A stretch of 61,648 nt of DNA, filler included, from Choristocarpus tenellus KU-1152 (taxonomy: Eukaryota; Protista; Phaeophyceae), in the NCBI GenBank assembly GCA_964200185.2. It is 8 parts of 8 records of this genome, joined end to end, with 100 filler letters (N's around TTAATTAATTAA, not from the genome) between each part and the next. Parts side by side here need not be neighbours in the genome. Positions count along the whole stretch, not along the records: positions 10,025 to 22,946 come from CAXNAD020001657.1; positions 23,047 to 33,067 come from CAXNAD020003202.1; 6 more parts are not named here. One strand, 5' to 3'. Below the pieces are notes generated by a model. It made no database searches. It worked only from the letters and a program-made list of their open reading frames with translations, and was not told where the DNA came from. The position numbers and the translations under genes are program-made. Below, piece after piece: positions 14,201 to 26,624 of the stretch (the first letter of the stretch is position 1; every line of letters starts with the position of its first letter).

Positions 14201-17200
14201 CTCCTCTACTCTAGCCTCTGCCAACGAGCGAGCCTCCCTCTCAACTTCAAGTCGTTCTAGCTCCTCCTCTGCCCTGGCTGAGAAAGTTTTTGCTGCATCT
14301 TCAGCCTCAACCTGTCTCGCCTCAGCAGCCTGTCGAGCTTGCACCTCCGCATCAAGAAGAGCAGCAGTATCTTTCTGTGATCTATCACCAGCCTCAGCCA
14401 TAAGTAAAGCCTCCGCCAGACGACCCTCCACCTCCTGCACCTTGGCCCTCTCTAGGGCTTCCCGCTCGAGAGCCGCTGCTTGCTCTACCCCCCTCTCCTT
14501 CATGACAATGGCAACCTTTTCCCGGGCATCTTCATCTGCCTTGGCTCTGCCTTGGGCCTCTGCTTCCTCAAGGGCTTTCTGGCACGCTTTAATTGTTAAC
14601 GCCTCAGTACATGCCTTCACTGCTTGCATAGCCTTTTCCGCCTTTGTTACCATTGGCAGAGGTGTGATAGGTGCATTTTAGTACACCACAGCAAGTCACA
14701 GGCACAGCAGGCACAGCAGGGAGGCGATTGGTTAGCCCTTTGTCTACCTCCCTATTGTAACATGCATACAAAGATGAAATCATCTTGCCCCCACCTCAAC
14801 ACTCCTCCTGGGGTGCTTGTACGTCAAGTAATTTTTTGCAGCTCAACCATGTGGATCACTGAAGAGATAAAATGCCAGCACCATGGAGTAAAATCGCATG
14901 CAAGAACATTTATCTCGATCAAGAGACTGTCATGACAGACATTGAAATAACAATCTCCCCAAGGTCCATACCATCCTAGAAAGGGCTAAACACCACATGC
15001 AGATGTTGTATGATTTGGGACCATCAAAAGGACACACTCTAAGTTGAAACCACCACCAAACCATCCTTAGCATTGAAGGTCAGAACCAAATGTATTCAGC
15101 ACACGACGCGAGAGCAAGTAATCTCTTGCTCACAAGTGTGCACGTACTTCATAACTCATTACCCAGAAGGTAGAAAATCAGAAGACTTTCTGCTATTGAG
15201 GATTGTCAATGTGATTTGATATGGGTTACACGCACCAGCGGCTCGCAGTGGCCCCAACGTGATTGGTGGATTCAAACCAGCATTGCTGGGGATTAGCTTT
15301 TCTGTTCTGACTGGGCACAGCCAATCGCAGTGGGGATTGAGGAACATGCTAATCTGAGGCTCTCAGCCTTCGCCCAGCATGCCTCAGCCCCACCTCTCAC
15401 TTCCTGAATCTCATTATCTGTGGTGATTCTCATCACCCCCCACTGCACAGAACTTGATCGTACAACAAAAATTATGATATATGCACATACTATAATGATG
15501 CCAATATTAATAATAATAATAATAATAATAAAAATAACCTCTCTGTCCCGTAAGTCTGTGCCATTAAGTTGTAGCTCTTTGTGACGACCTCTGATTACAA
15601 AAACGGACTTTCGTACTGAATTCCTTTGAATGTCTTGCATTAAAAAAGAAATTTCAAATAAATTCTACAAATATCTCTGTTCTACAATGGTTCCGAAAGA
15701 ATGGAACATAATGGGGCATATTCGTATCACCTTTTAATGTTCCTGCTGCAGTGTCATATAAATATTCCAAGAAATCCAACGCAAGGGTTCGTTTTGTAAT
15801 CGGAGGTCATCCCAGACAGCTACAACTTAGCAGCCCAGACCTATGGGACAGAGGGAGCATAATCATTATAAATCCACCCTATTGGCTCCGTGTAGCAGAG
15901 CACATAGGTCATAGAATTTGCTTTACTCTGTACATATTTTTTCTCATGCTCCACTTCCCCTCCCCCTCATCACCATTCCGTCTTCACCTTTCAATCATCA
16001 TCGTTCTCGATCTCAACATGGAACCATTACTATAAAACAGTGCAAGGTTCAGTTCATGCTACAGCATTCACAAATTTTCAATGGAAAAAATTGTGGATTG
16101 CAATACAAGAATGTGCAACATCAAAACGAAAACGCCTACCGACACAAGAATGTCCCAGAACCGATAATCGGCCTTCACTAATGTTGCAAATCGTGACAAT
16201 TCAATCAATAACGCCTTCAGTTCAATAAATCAGAATACAACCAAAAAAAGTATTACTAATGAAGGTGTCACAGGTCACAGAAATGCACACTCACCGCAAG
16301 GGTGTCACAACTATCTTTACCTCACTGCACCCTTCACTGCTAATGGCTTCAGATCTATCTGCCTGTCAGGAATTGTAGAGGCTTTGGAATTTTGCCACAC
16401 AATGCCTTGTTCACCAACAGTTCAATTCTATTCTATTATATTCAAACACGAAGTAAATATTTAGTCCAATCACAGACATACAATATTTAATCCAATCACA
16501 GACATACAATATGTCGGCCAATCACAGACTTACAATATGTCGGCTCATCAGTATCTTGATTCATAACACTACCATTCACTGTTTTGATCCCATGTGCACA
16601 TGTGCAGAACACCACTAGTGTCTAAATATACTAGCATGTACCCAAAATAGCCTTAAAAACATTCTTCTCATTTACCCTCCCCTCTGAAAGGTCACACAGC
16701 ACAGAGACTGTTGAGAGGTATCAACTTCACCCAGGTCAAAATACTACCAAGGCTTTGCACCAGAGTGGGTAAGGTAAGCACGACAGGCCCAGAGTGCAGA
16801 CCAGCCCAGCAAAGGAACGTGTGATAGGGCTGACCACACACAGCCTTTACCAGGATGAGTATGCATGTTATCGCAATAAAAACACGAATTTGACATTGTA
16901 CAATTCGAGTATATTTACTTACAATAGTATAGTGTAATTAACTTGATACATAAAAATAGAAAAATAGTATAGTGGATTTAAAAAAATACAACATTGGGTT
17001 ACTAGCGGCAGTGGTTAACCCACACCCTTTTTACCAACTGGGTGAGCCCAGATATGCAATGTTTTTTTACGTTTTTTTACAGGGTTTGATTCGAATCGCG
17101 ATTTGACTACAAAACAAAGACTTCTCCCATTGCATCACATACTACTCTTGTTTTCAGGTTAACAAACGCCTTCCTTCATTTCTGTGTAACAAATGAGTAA

Positions 17201-20200
17201 TCGCTGTTGTTGCACAATTAGCAAAAAAATATGTAACAATGTACAACTTAAACCTTACTGAGTACCGTCCTAACACAGCACCAACAAACAAGCGGAGAAA
17301 GACACTCTATAACATCCACTTGTTCTTGAAGCACAATTTCAAACAGAGGCACACTACACTCCTCGAGTCCACTACAGTTCCACACACACCTGTTGGGACA
17401 CATGGAGAGCGTACCCCCCTCAAACTTGGGAAGGCGTTACTCCCCCTTCTAAACCGAAACCATGTTCACTTGACCCCACAAGCACATCGTAACCAAAACA
17501 GAAACATTAGACTACAAAGACTGCTTTATGAAGGGATAAATTGAGTTATTAATACTGTACCAGCTCAAAAATTAGATCTTTCAGGGCACGAAACTGACAA
17601 CCTATCACATTTTTCAGGCCCCCACCAAACAGACAGAATTCAGAACACAAGACCATTTTAAAACATCAATCATTTGATTACAACAATTCATTACGTCATT
17701 CGTTACACAAGGAAGAAACAAAAAAAAAATGCTTAACACACTTCAAGTATAAATGTTAATACAATATAAATCTGTTTCATCGTTTCCCAAGTGTGTAGAC
17801 ACAGCAGCTCACCAGGGAATCCTCCGTCTCCTCGATCGTCCAGCTCTCCTGAGACACCAGTACAGACGGCCTTCTCAACGGGAGATCCAAACCCCGTGGT
17901 TGCATTCCCGAACCATTGGTCCCTTTCCCAAGCAGTCGATTGGCTGCCTCTTCCAAGACCATCACAGAAACATCCCTGTCAAACCTTGGGGTGCCCATGG
18001 GGGAATTTTCGCCGGAGGACAAGTCAGGAAGGGGGGACAACGCCTGCACTTCAGTAGAGGATATGCTGAAATTGGACGGGCGACGCATGGGAAGATCCCG
18101 CAGGGTGGGGGGAATTGTTTGATCGCTATCCCTCAAATCACGATCCAGAGATTGCTCCAGCTTCTTGAGAGAATTAGACCTGCTTGCACACAGGCATACA
18201 CACACCACAGGCGGAACATACAAGGAGATGAGACACACAGGCACCTGTATTGGGAGCACCAGAGAGCCAGCCCCCCACATGAATTGAGGAGAGGAATTAA
18301 AAAAGAACAAAGGAGAGAGGATGAAGGGTGCCCTCCTGCGGAATAGGGAAAGGAGGTGGGAGTTGCAAGTGTTCAGGTGCACAGGGGGAGGAGCCCACAG
18401 ATACCTTCCAGGCGACATAGAGGGCAACCTAGTGTCAGGGACTTACTTTTATCATTGATAATAATAACATCAATAATAATAGCAGATCACAATGGGCTTT
18501 TCAAACACCACGCAAGAGCTTTATATGAAAAAACTAGAACTTAACAGGAAATAAAAAACGAAATTGCCGTAACCCTTGTACAACTCCCTCTCCCCCCCAA
18601 AAGCCTCTCCCTGGCACCTAAAACTGTCCCCAACACTGGGCTGGGGCCTTCCATATCCTGCTAAGGAATGCCTCCGAAGTGATCCTGACATAGGACCGTG
18701 AGGGGGGAAGGAGGCATCCTCAAATTGCTCCCCTTCCACCACTGTGTTTGGGATGCGACCAGAAAGGGTGAGGTTTTCAAAGTTGGCCTCGAGGTCATCG
18801 AGAGAAGATTCTCGCTCCAGATTGAGAAGCTTCCGGGTGATGGAAACGACAGGGTAGGGTATCATAGAGGAGTAGGGTGTGGGGGGGGGGAAGGAACTTT
18901 GTAAGTTGCTAGAATTCATAGTTTGGCCAGATGGGAATGCCAATGGCAATGATTGACCAGAAAACACCTACTACAGGAGGCATGTGTCAGGGGGGTAAGG
19001 AAGGGTTTGTAAGGTATCCCACCCATTTCTTGGGTCAGATACATCACAGAAGAGCACACTAATCGCACAAGTTGTTCTTTGCAGGAAAGATGAAAATAAA
19101 AATAAATCAAAGGTTTTCTTCCTCAATAGAGAACATGCATTAACACATTAACACGCTAACACACACATGGACCACCCCCCCCCCCCCACACACACAAATA
19201 TATATATCAAATCCTAACATGAAGTTGATTTTGCAAACATTAAAAAGATACATACACCAGTGCTTATTTATTTATTTTTTAAATCCATCCTTTTAAGGAG
19301 AAGTCACACATTGAAGGAGCCAGGGTGAGGTGGGGGGGAATTATCATACTTACTGTTCCATTAGCCAGCTCTTCCTCATTCTGAGCCTTGACCACCCCTG
19401 CCACCTGTGATTGCATGTGCAGGAGGTTTCAAGCGGGAGGGATGGATGGCTGATGCACGAGCTAAGAATTAGATCATCTGTTGCCGCTCACATGCTGCCC
19501 TCTGCTACAAATTACAGTTGCCATTGTTTTGGACAACACCACTTCATATCTCAAGGCGAAATCTTTACAACGTCAGCATGCAATCAACAACTAATATAGA
19601 AATAAAACATATAGTGCACTTGCTCCATGACCATGGGCACAACACAACAGAGAATACTTGTATAAAAATAATATCTGACAAGGACTGCAATACCTCAGGT
19701 CTAATTTTGTCAAAACTGCACAACCACCTTCCACACTTGACATGCCAAAATACCACACCTAAAATTGCCGCATTACCTACCTCACTTGGTACATTCAATT
19801 GCACCTTGTAACTTAGTCGAGTGAGTGAGATCTTACTAAACAAGACGAAAAAGAATTACATGATTTTTGATGGGTGCACTCCCCCGAAGACCATAACTCA
19901 ATGGCTGGTCAAAAATTTGTGCATGCATTTCATTCCCAAGGTCCATATCATCATTACTCAAGGAACAGTGCGACTTTTGACAGTTGAAAGGCCAAAAATG
20001 TGTGGAATACTGTTACGTAAAATTGCACTTTCAACTCCGATCTCTTCGATAAGACTAGCTATTACCTACCACTTCAACCAGGCGGAACAATCCCTGGAAG
20101 CAAAATATTACCTCTAGTCCAATATCGCCCATAATTCCCCCAACTCTCAAAAAATGATTAGACCAAAAACTCTTGTGAACCACGAATATACAACATCGAT

Positions 20201-21903
20201 GCAGTTTTCAAGCTCCACTGCCTAAGTCCTACATCGCATCTCACATCCAAGCCGACAACATGTACACTAACACTTGGGGGTATGAGACGAAACAGAGTCT
20301 CTGTATGCATCAATGAATACATCTTGATTCAGACAAAGAAAAACAACCAGGGTTCATTTTCAACATTGGAACTGTGCCCTCACTTATTTACTACCTTTAA
20401 GATGTCTCCAAAAAAATTGCCCAACCTAGCATAAACTCGTGTGTAGAATTTGCAGTTACATTTTTTATTTTATTATATATATAATTTTCCTCCACAGATT
20501 AGGTAGAGTACAATACGTCGGGTAACAACAGCCAATTGAGAAGCAAAAAACATGCACAAGGAAATGTGGACCCTCAAATGTGGACCCCCAACTGGTAAGA
20601 GATCCTGCATGCGACAAAAAAAAAATCTCATGCTTTAAGCTTTATATGGGAATAGGCTCAAACCAGGAATCCAAAAGTCTTTTTAGACCTTCAATTGAAG
20701 TGGATGGATCATGGGTCAAACAATGCAAATTGCAAGCTCATTTCAGTTGATGTGCATTTTTTCCTGGCCACACAATATGAGAATATTTCATTTTCATTTC
20801 AATTTTTTCTATCACGGGCAAATGCTTTACGAAACTGTGAGGCCTGAAATACTAACCACGACTGAATCGCATGCAAAAAATCACTCTAGTTGCTAGCGTA
20901 CTCTATGTACTGGTCACAATTTAGATCAAATGTTCAGGAGCATGGCATATATTTCGGAATCACATGTAATGACTAGTAGTGGCAATAATAGTAGTAGTTG
21001 TACACAATGCCTAACATTCACATCATTACAACATAATACACACAGCAGCATACTGTCCAGCGTTGTTTGAATATGCAGTATTCAGCTTTGTCTACCACAA
21101 GCTAAAAAATACTGGACCAACACAATGCCAAAAAAAAATTGTACTATTCTACTTCTATATATGCGACCTATATGCCACACCAGATGACCCACTGTACCTT
21201 ACGCCAGCCCTTCGAGTCAGGTTCTAGATAGGCTTTCATATCAAACATAGGTGGATCCATGATCCCAATGTGCACACCACATCGTACCTTCTGAAACACC
21301 CTACTGTCCAAGCGTCACCCACCGACAGCAAGCTTGGAATCGCTCCAACCGGCTGGTAATGTAGGACATACAACGAAGTGTGCACTCTCGGGGAGAGAGA
21401 TATTTCAACAACATCCAACCAATCCAATCGTACCTGTATCAGGTCCTTAAGGGAGAGGCTGTCTCTCCGGGTCGGTTCTGGAAGGACTGCTGCCAACACA
21501 TCCTCGGGATCTTCGGTGGTCTGAAAGCCCAACTCATCCAAGCATTCTAGAGCCTGTGGTACATCAATCAGCCCTTTTTTGTGTGTGTCTTCGAAAGAGC
21601 ATAGAGGGAGGGAGGGAGGGAGGGACGACATGTCCACACCCAACCCATCAATTAGGATATTACACATACGAATAAGACCCTGCTGTGACAGTGTTCAGGC
21701 CATCTGTCTCCGTGAGGCAATTAGCCTCATAAGACACTGCAAATGCTGGTGATGTATGAAAGTATCCATTGCTTCTGGGTGGAGAAAACACCTCACCGTA
21801 TGGGTACCAACATCACCATTCGAACTAAAACCTCACCGGCAAGCACGAAGATCTGCCTGATTTCGCTCTCCTCTTCTGGGCTTAGAGAAGTCGTCGCCGT
21901 CAT
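11300..21903 (-). CDS. Uncharacterised large protein: N-terminal EF-hand-like region, Ser/Pro-rich linker, long Ala/Glu-rich coiled coil, C-terminal CaaX (CTIS)
   Basis: Phase-compatible exon chain 21837-21903 (ATG), 21434-21588, 19354-19404, 18618-18967, 18405-18428, 17813-18179, 16321-16362, 13931-14641, 12470-13282, 11953-12021, 11300-11452 (TGA). It starts MTATTSLSPEEESEIRQIFVLADTHKKGLIDVPQALECLDELGF and ends SLKKNETKSCTIS*. Joining all exons into one gene is an inference, and extra exons near 15.3 kb are possible. Confidence 0.7.
15507..15872. repeat. Inverted pair of diverged ~100-bp retroposon-like 3' ends with (ATT)n-type tails
   Basis: The reverse complement of 15538-15628 (GTTTTTGTAATCAGAGGTCGTCACAAAGAGCTACAACTTAATGGCACAGACTTACGGGACAGAGAGG) aligns with 15769-15870 (GTTTTGTAATCGGAGGTCATCCCAGACAGCTACAACTTAGCAGCCCAGACCTATGGGACAGAGGG). 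Confidence 0.8.
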
Positions 21904-23046
21904 TCTAAACCTGATTCGAAACAAAGTCCGAATATTATTTGTCTTAACATGGAAGTCTATCACACTCTCAAAGAGAGGCAACAAGGCTAAAATGAAGGGG
22001 AAAAATTCCCGAGAAAGTGCCGATTCGATAGGGGCAATAACGATGTGCCTACAAAACATATCTCTAGATAATAACAAGTGCGATACCAATACTGCCAAAT
22101 AAGGTCATTTCACCGCAAAAGGACGACTAGATCGGTTATAAGACAGAAGACGGGAGCAAGTTAGAGGTAGTGTCAGCAAATTACTATATGCCTTGAAGCT
22201 ACAACTGAGCGTATCAAGAAAAAACGTAGGGGATCGTCCAGAGTTGTAATGTATGAACAACTCACCCCCAATACACCAATAGAGGTTAGCACTTCGCAGG
22301 ATAGAAGTTTAGCTGCACGGACAGTCCAGGCTTTGCTTGAAGAATCGTTGTCAGGCCTCCCCAACAACAACAATCCATCCAACACCAAAAAACAGATAAC
22401 AGATCTCACACCAAACAATTTGTAAGTTTACAAGTCAAAATGACCTTTGACAAACACTTCCTCTAATTGATGGTTGCTGGTAGGGCAATTTACTATTTGC
22501 AAATTCCCCAAAGTTTCCTGAGATTGTCAACCAAATAATTAATAAAATATAAATCCTGAAGTACAAAATGATAGCTCTATGTTTAATATGGTAATAGCAT
22601 TCTGAGGAAACTATGGTTCTTGGATTGTGTAATAATTCTTCCTTTTTGACACTACTGGTTCTCTATAAAATTCCTTCTTATTTTTCCTCAATCGCGAACT
22701 TCGAATGAATTTGTATTTTCCTTACACCAACAATTACAGAGTTTCAATCTCCAGAAAAAAGGAATTGAGTCTTGCGCAATGAAAAGTGTTCGAGAAAAAT
22801 CAAATAAATGTCACTATCCACACCTACACACACCACCAAAACGTGTTAGGGTGGGACAGTTAGTTTCTGCTTCATGACGTTTTAACACACCTATAACAGC
22901 AGGGGATTTTGAAAATTGAGGATGGAGCGTACTATTGAGGATGGGTNNNNNNNNNNNNNNNNNNNNNNNNNNNNNNNNNNNNNNNNNNNNTTAATTAATT
23001 AANNNNNNNNNNNNNNNNNNNNNNNNNNNNNNNNNNNNNNNNNNNN

Positions 23047-23280
23047 GCATTGGACCATCCACCTGTGGATGGAGTGAGTGCTTGGCAAATGGGGAGTAGG
23101 GGGGGGTGGGGGTATGGCAGCGCATTGCCTCACGCTCCGTATGATATGAACAGGAGCTACGCTGTAGCAATGCCACCAAACCACTTCTATTCAAGCCCAC
23201 CTCTGCTTTCTTCTGAAATGCCTGCCAACCCAAAAGCAAGGGCTTCTGGTCAATCTGTTAGTGTTAATGGACCAATATGA
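23047..23280 (+). CDS. Possible terminal exon of a gene truncated by the contig start (Pro/Ser/Gly-rich)
   Basis: The frame is open from the first contig base to TGA at 23278-23280. No recognisable domain. Confidence 0.35.
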   Translation, partial: ALDHPPVDGVSAWQMGSRGGWGYGSALPHAPYDMNRSYAVAMPPNHFYSSPPLLSSEMPANPKARASGQSVSVNGPI

Positions 23281-24193
23281 CCTCGCCCTGCAAGATGCAA
23301 TGACTGGCATGGTCCGGCTCCTTCTAGGTCCCTAGTCAGTAGTTACCAGTGGTAGTACTACTCTGTGAGTCTGACTGCCTCCTTTTGGGGTCTACTAAAT
23401 CGTATGCATGCATTGCATGTACACGACTTTGTGTATAGTGAAAGAGTATACCGTGAGTGAAACACTCTTTACTATTGATGATGTCAAGCAGCAACATTGA
23501 CTGACCTGACCTCACTCCACATCACATCAGAGGTGTTGAGGTAGTGAGCGTCGAACAACCTTTCGCCCCCTTCCCTTCATCAATGTCCCCGAGTTAACCA
23601 GAAAAAACATTGCCAACACCTTTATCCTTTGGGGGACCCCTTAACTTCACGCCTCAAAATAATGTGCTCTCACAACCCCGAAAATGATGCCACCTCACAG
23701 GGGAAAGTTGATGTAGTTACAAGAAGAAATACTGTCCTTAAAAACACAATGTTGGTGATTGTAGTGAGTCCTGGTGACTCAGGGTGGATTTCAAAGTTGT
23801 CGGAAGAGTGTGCTCAGAGCACGTGCTCACGGAGGCTCGTGCGTGCGGAAAATACCTGCTCTTCGTGCGTCTGACCGAAAATACAGATGTGTAAGCAAGA
23901 GCCCATTATTACCCATGAACAGTGTGTGTACATAAGAAAAGAGCTCTCACGAAATTTAGGCCTTCAAATACGTAAAGATATTGATATCTGGTACCGAATA
24001 GAACGGCTTTTTCAACACGCCTTGCTTAGTGCTGCGATAACTCCATCAGATCACAAGCTGTTGCACCATATCAATACAAACTCTTTTCCAATCAACAATC
24101 AAGCATTCCCCCCTTCTCAACAGGAAGATAGCAAAGTCCAACAACCCCACTCCCCAAACCCTCTTCATTCAGGCCAGTTGGGATCCTGCTCAC

Positions 24194-26451
24194 CGTAGCG
24201 CCTTCCCAAATAGCCCTCTCCACCATCACAGGCTTCCCAAGTGCAAGGGCCAGCCCCACTGCTTCATCGCATGTAGACTCCACAACAGCACGTTCCCCTC
24301 CGGATCCGGGTTTGACAACCTCCTCATCCATAAGTTTCACCTTCCACAATCAGTGGGATGGGGGAGAGAGCAAATAAAGATGGGTTAAGGTTAGGGTTAG
24401 AAGAGTCGTATAGGATCGATCAACCCTTCACACTACACATACATGAAAAACAACAGTGGTAGGGATGCTTCATAGTTTGAAGTCCAGGTTCTCCCTAAGA
24501 AATCTTGAAACCAAACGCTATGCTGTCCTCACCGACATTGACATGTTTCGCAACTGAATTCTTCCTCAATGTGCAACAAATTCGAAAAAGGATGTGAAAC
24601 TGTAGGATGTGAAACTGTAGTAGGTTGCACGTGAATCCCGCCATACCCGGGGGTAATGGGAGGTACAACATGAAGCCAACAGAGAGCTCCATCTTGGGCA
24701 AACCCAGAAACTTCTTGCCCTTGTTCTCGCAGTTGATAATGTGGAGCTCTAATGACCGATACATAAAATCTTAAGAGGACCCTCACATTGTAAACACCCC
24801 ATCTCCCCCACCTTCTGTGGGCGCCGCTCTAGGTAGACTGCACCTCCCAGGGTGACCCCTCCGGACATGGCTGCATCCTCTTCAATTAGCTGAGCGGCAT
24901 TAGGTTGGTTTGGGCTGGGATTAAGGTTGGGGTCACAGTTAAGTGTAGGGTTGGGCTGATGGTATGAGGGCTGTCTGTGAAAGTTTGGAAACAGTAAACA
25001 CAATTTGAGGGAGACATTCTGACATACTGCTCCCTTGACCTCCAAGGCATGCAGCGGCCAGATAGTCAAGGCTCTCTCATGTTCATGAGTTTTTTTATTG
25101 TTTGCGAGGCATCACAGTCTCAGTAAGAGATGTCAAATGAAATAGAACGGTATCTAAAAGATATAAAAAAGGGGGCAATGTACGATGAGATGAACTATTG
25201 TCAGCTCCATTGATGATGTTCATCAGGAAATCAAATGGAATATGGGTGTTAGCGGTCCTTCTCCTACCCCTCAAATGATGCCGTCCCTTTCCATCTACTG
25301 TCAGACATACACACTCATACACAGACACAAAGATCTATACCAATCCACAAAGAAACAAATGTTATAGAACCACTCTGTTATAGGCATGATTGGTCATAGT
25401 AGGGTTTAGTCATCACCACAAGATGCTCTATATACAGGGTGAGAAACAGCATAATAATGGCCCTACACACCAGGCCAAGGATGCGAGAGGGGCACAGCTC
25501 AGTCACCACATCCGCAAGGAGTTCATAGGCGCTTCCAAACTCTTTTCCATTCGTCCTTCCGCCCTCTGCGTTTCCTCCCGACAGTCCCATGAGTCCCTTC
25601 CCCATAAATCTGCACAACAAGGAAATTACAGATGGGTATGAGACTGAGCATCTTGTGAGCGAATACAGTATCAGTGTTATAATCTTTGTCCTGATTTTGC
25701 ATTGGAGGGTAATCTTCTGCAATACTCCTTGCATTCTGCCACATCCCTTATGCTATGGAAGGCAGAAGTAACAGGCTCAACAAGGGGGTCGGTCGTACTT
25801 ACAACAAAGTATGGATTCAGGACATCGATCCCATTGCTCAAGTTCTCTTCAGTCGTCTGCTGATAGACGATCGGAACTGATCACATTTTCCTGTATTCTC
25901 AACCATTCCTCCACGCCAGTTCAACCCAACTGAAATATTTCTTGACTGTACATGGTACTATAGAAAAACTACACTTGGAACTGGAGGATTAGCATTATGC
26001 CGAAGTACTACCGATACAGAAAAGGGAAAAAGTACCTGCTATGAGCCTCCCGTTTAGCCATCGGGTCTGAGCTCCAATCCCAGGGAAGCTTGTCATAAAG
26101 ACCTCCGTCACGATTGATGAGCGCTGGGCATGTCGACAGGAGTACTGCGCCAGATATTGATGTTGGTTGCATAGCTTCAGCAAGAATCTTAGCAACATTA
26201 TCTTCAACCGGAATAGGTAGGACCTCATCTCTAGGATCAATGAGGTTCCTAGTACTGGCAAGGAAGCAAGCACTGCCACCGTTGTAGGTGCCCATGCCGA
26301 CAGGGTAGCAGGTTGCGAAGTTGTTGGGTGGTACTGTGATGGTGCGTGTTTTTGTCGCGCTGCCAACCACCATTACGGGGTCATGCAAGGCACCTACCAA
26401 CGAAGCAACGGACACGATACACATTACTAAGGGTGGAAAAGAGGCCGCCAT
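24194..26451 (-). CDS. Divergent bifunctional nuclease (BFN/DUF151)-like protein with an N-terminal signal peptide; last exon(s) unresolved
   Basis: Phase-compatible exons 26036-26451 (ATG), 25471-25609, 24812-24889, 24194-24340. The segments EVLPIPVEDNVAKILAEAM, SAYELLADVVTEL, GGAVYLERR and VVESTCDEAVGLALALGKPVMVERAIW follow the DUF151 motif order (LPI...THDLL...DAIALALR.PI.V). The N-terminus MAASFPPLVMCIVSVASLVGA is hydrophobic. Confidence 0.65.
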
Positions 26452-26624
26452 GATTTCTTTTGGCAGTTCAATCCCACATACGACAGATTGACCTAAAAAG
26501 TCACAAAAAAGGTTGAAGTTTTGTACACACATGGAAGGCTAGCATTCCGAAACGCCTACCTTTCTCACTCCCTCAATACTCATCAAGTACATGTTTGCTT
26601 CCAGGCAAGCGAGCTGGAAAAGAG

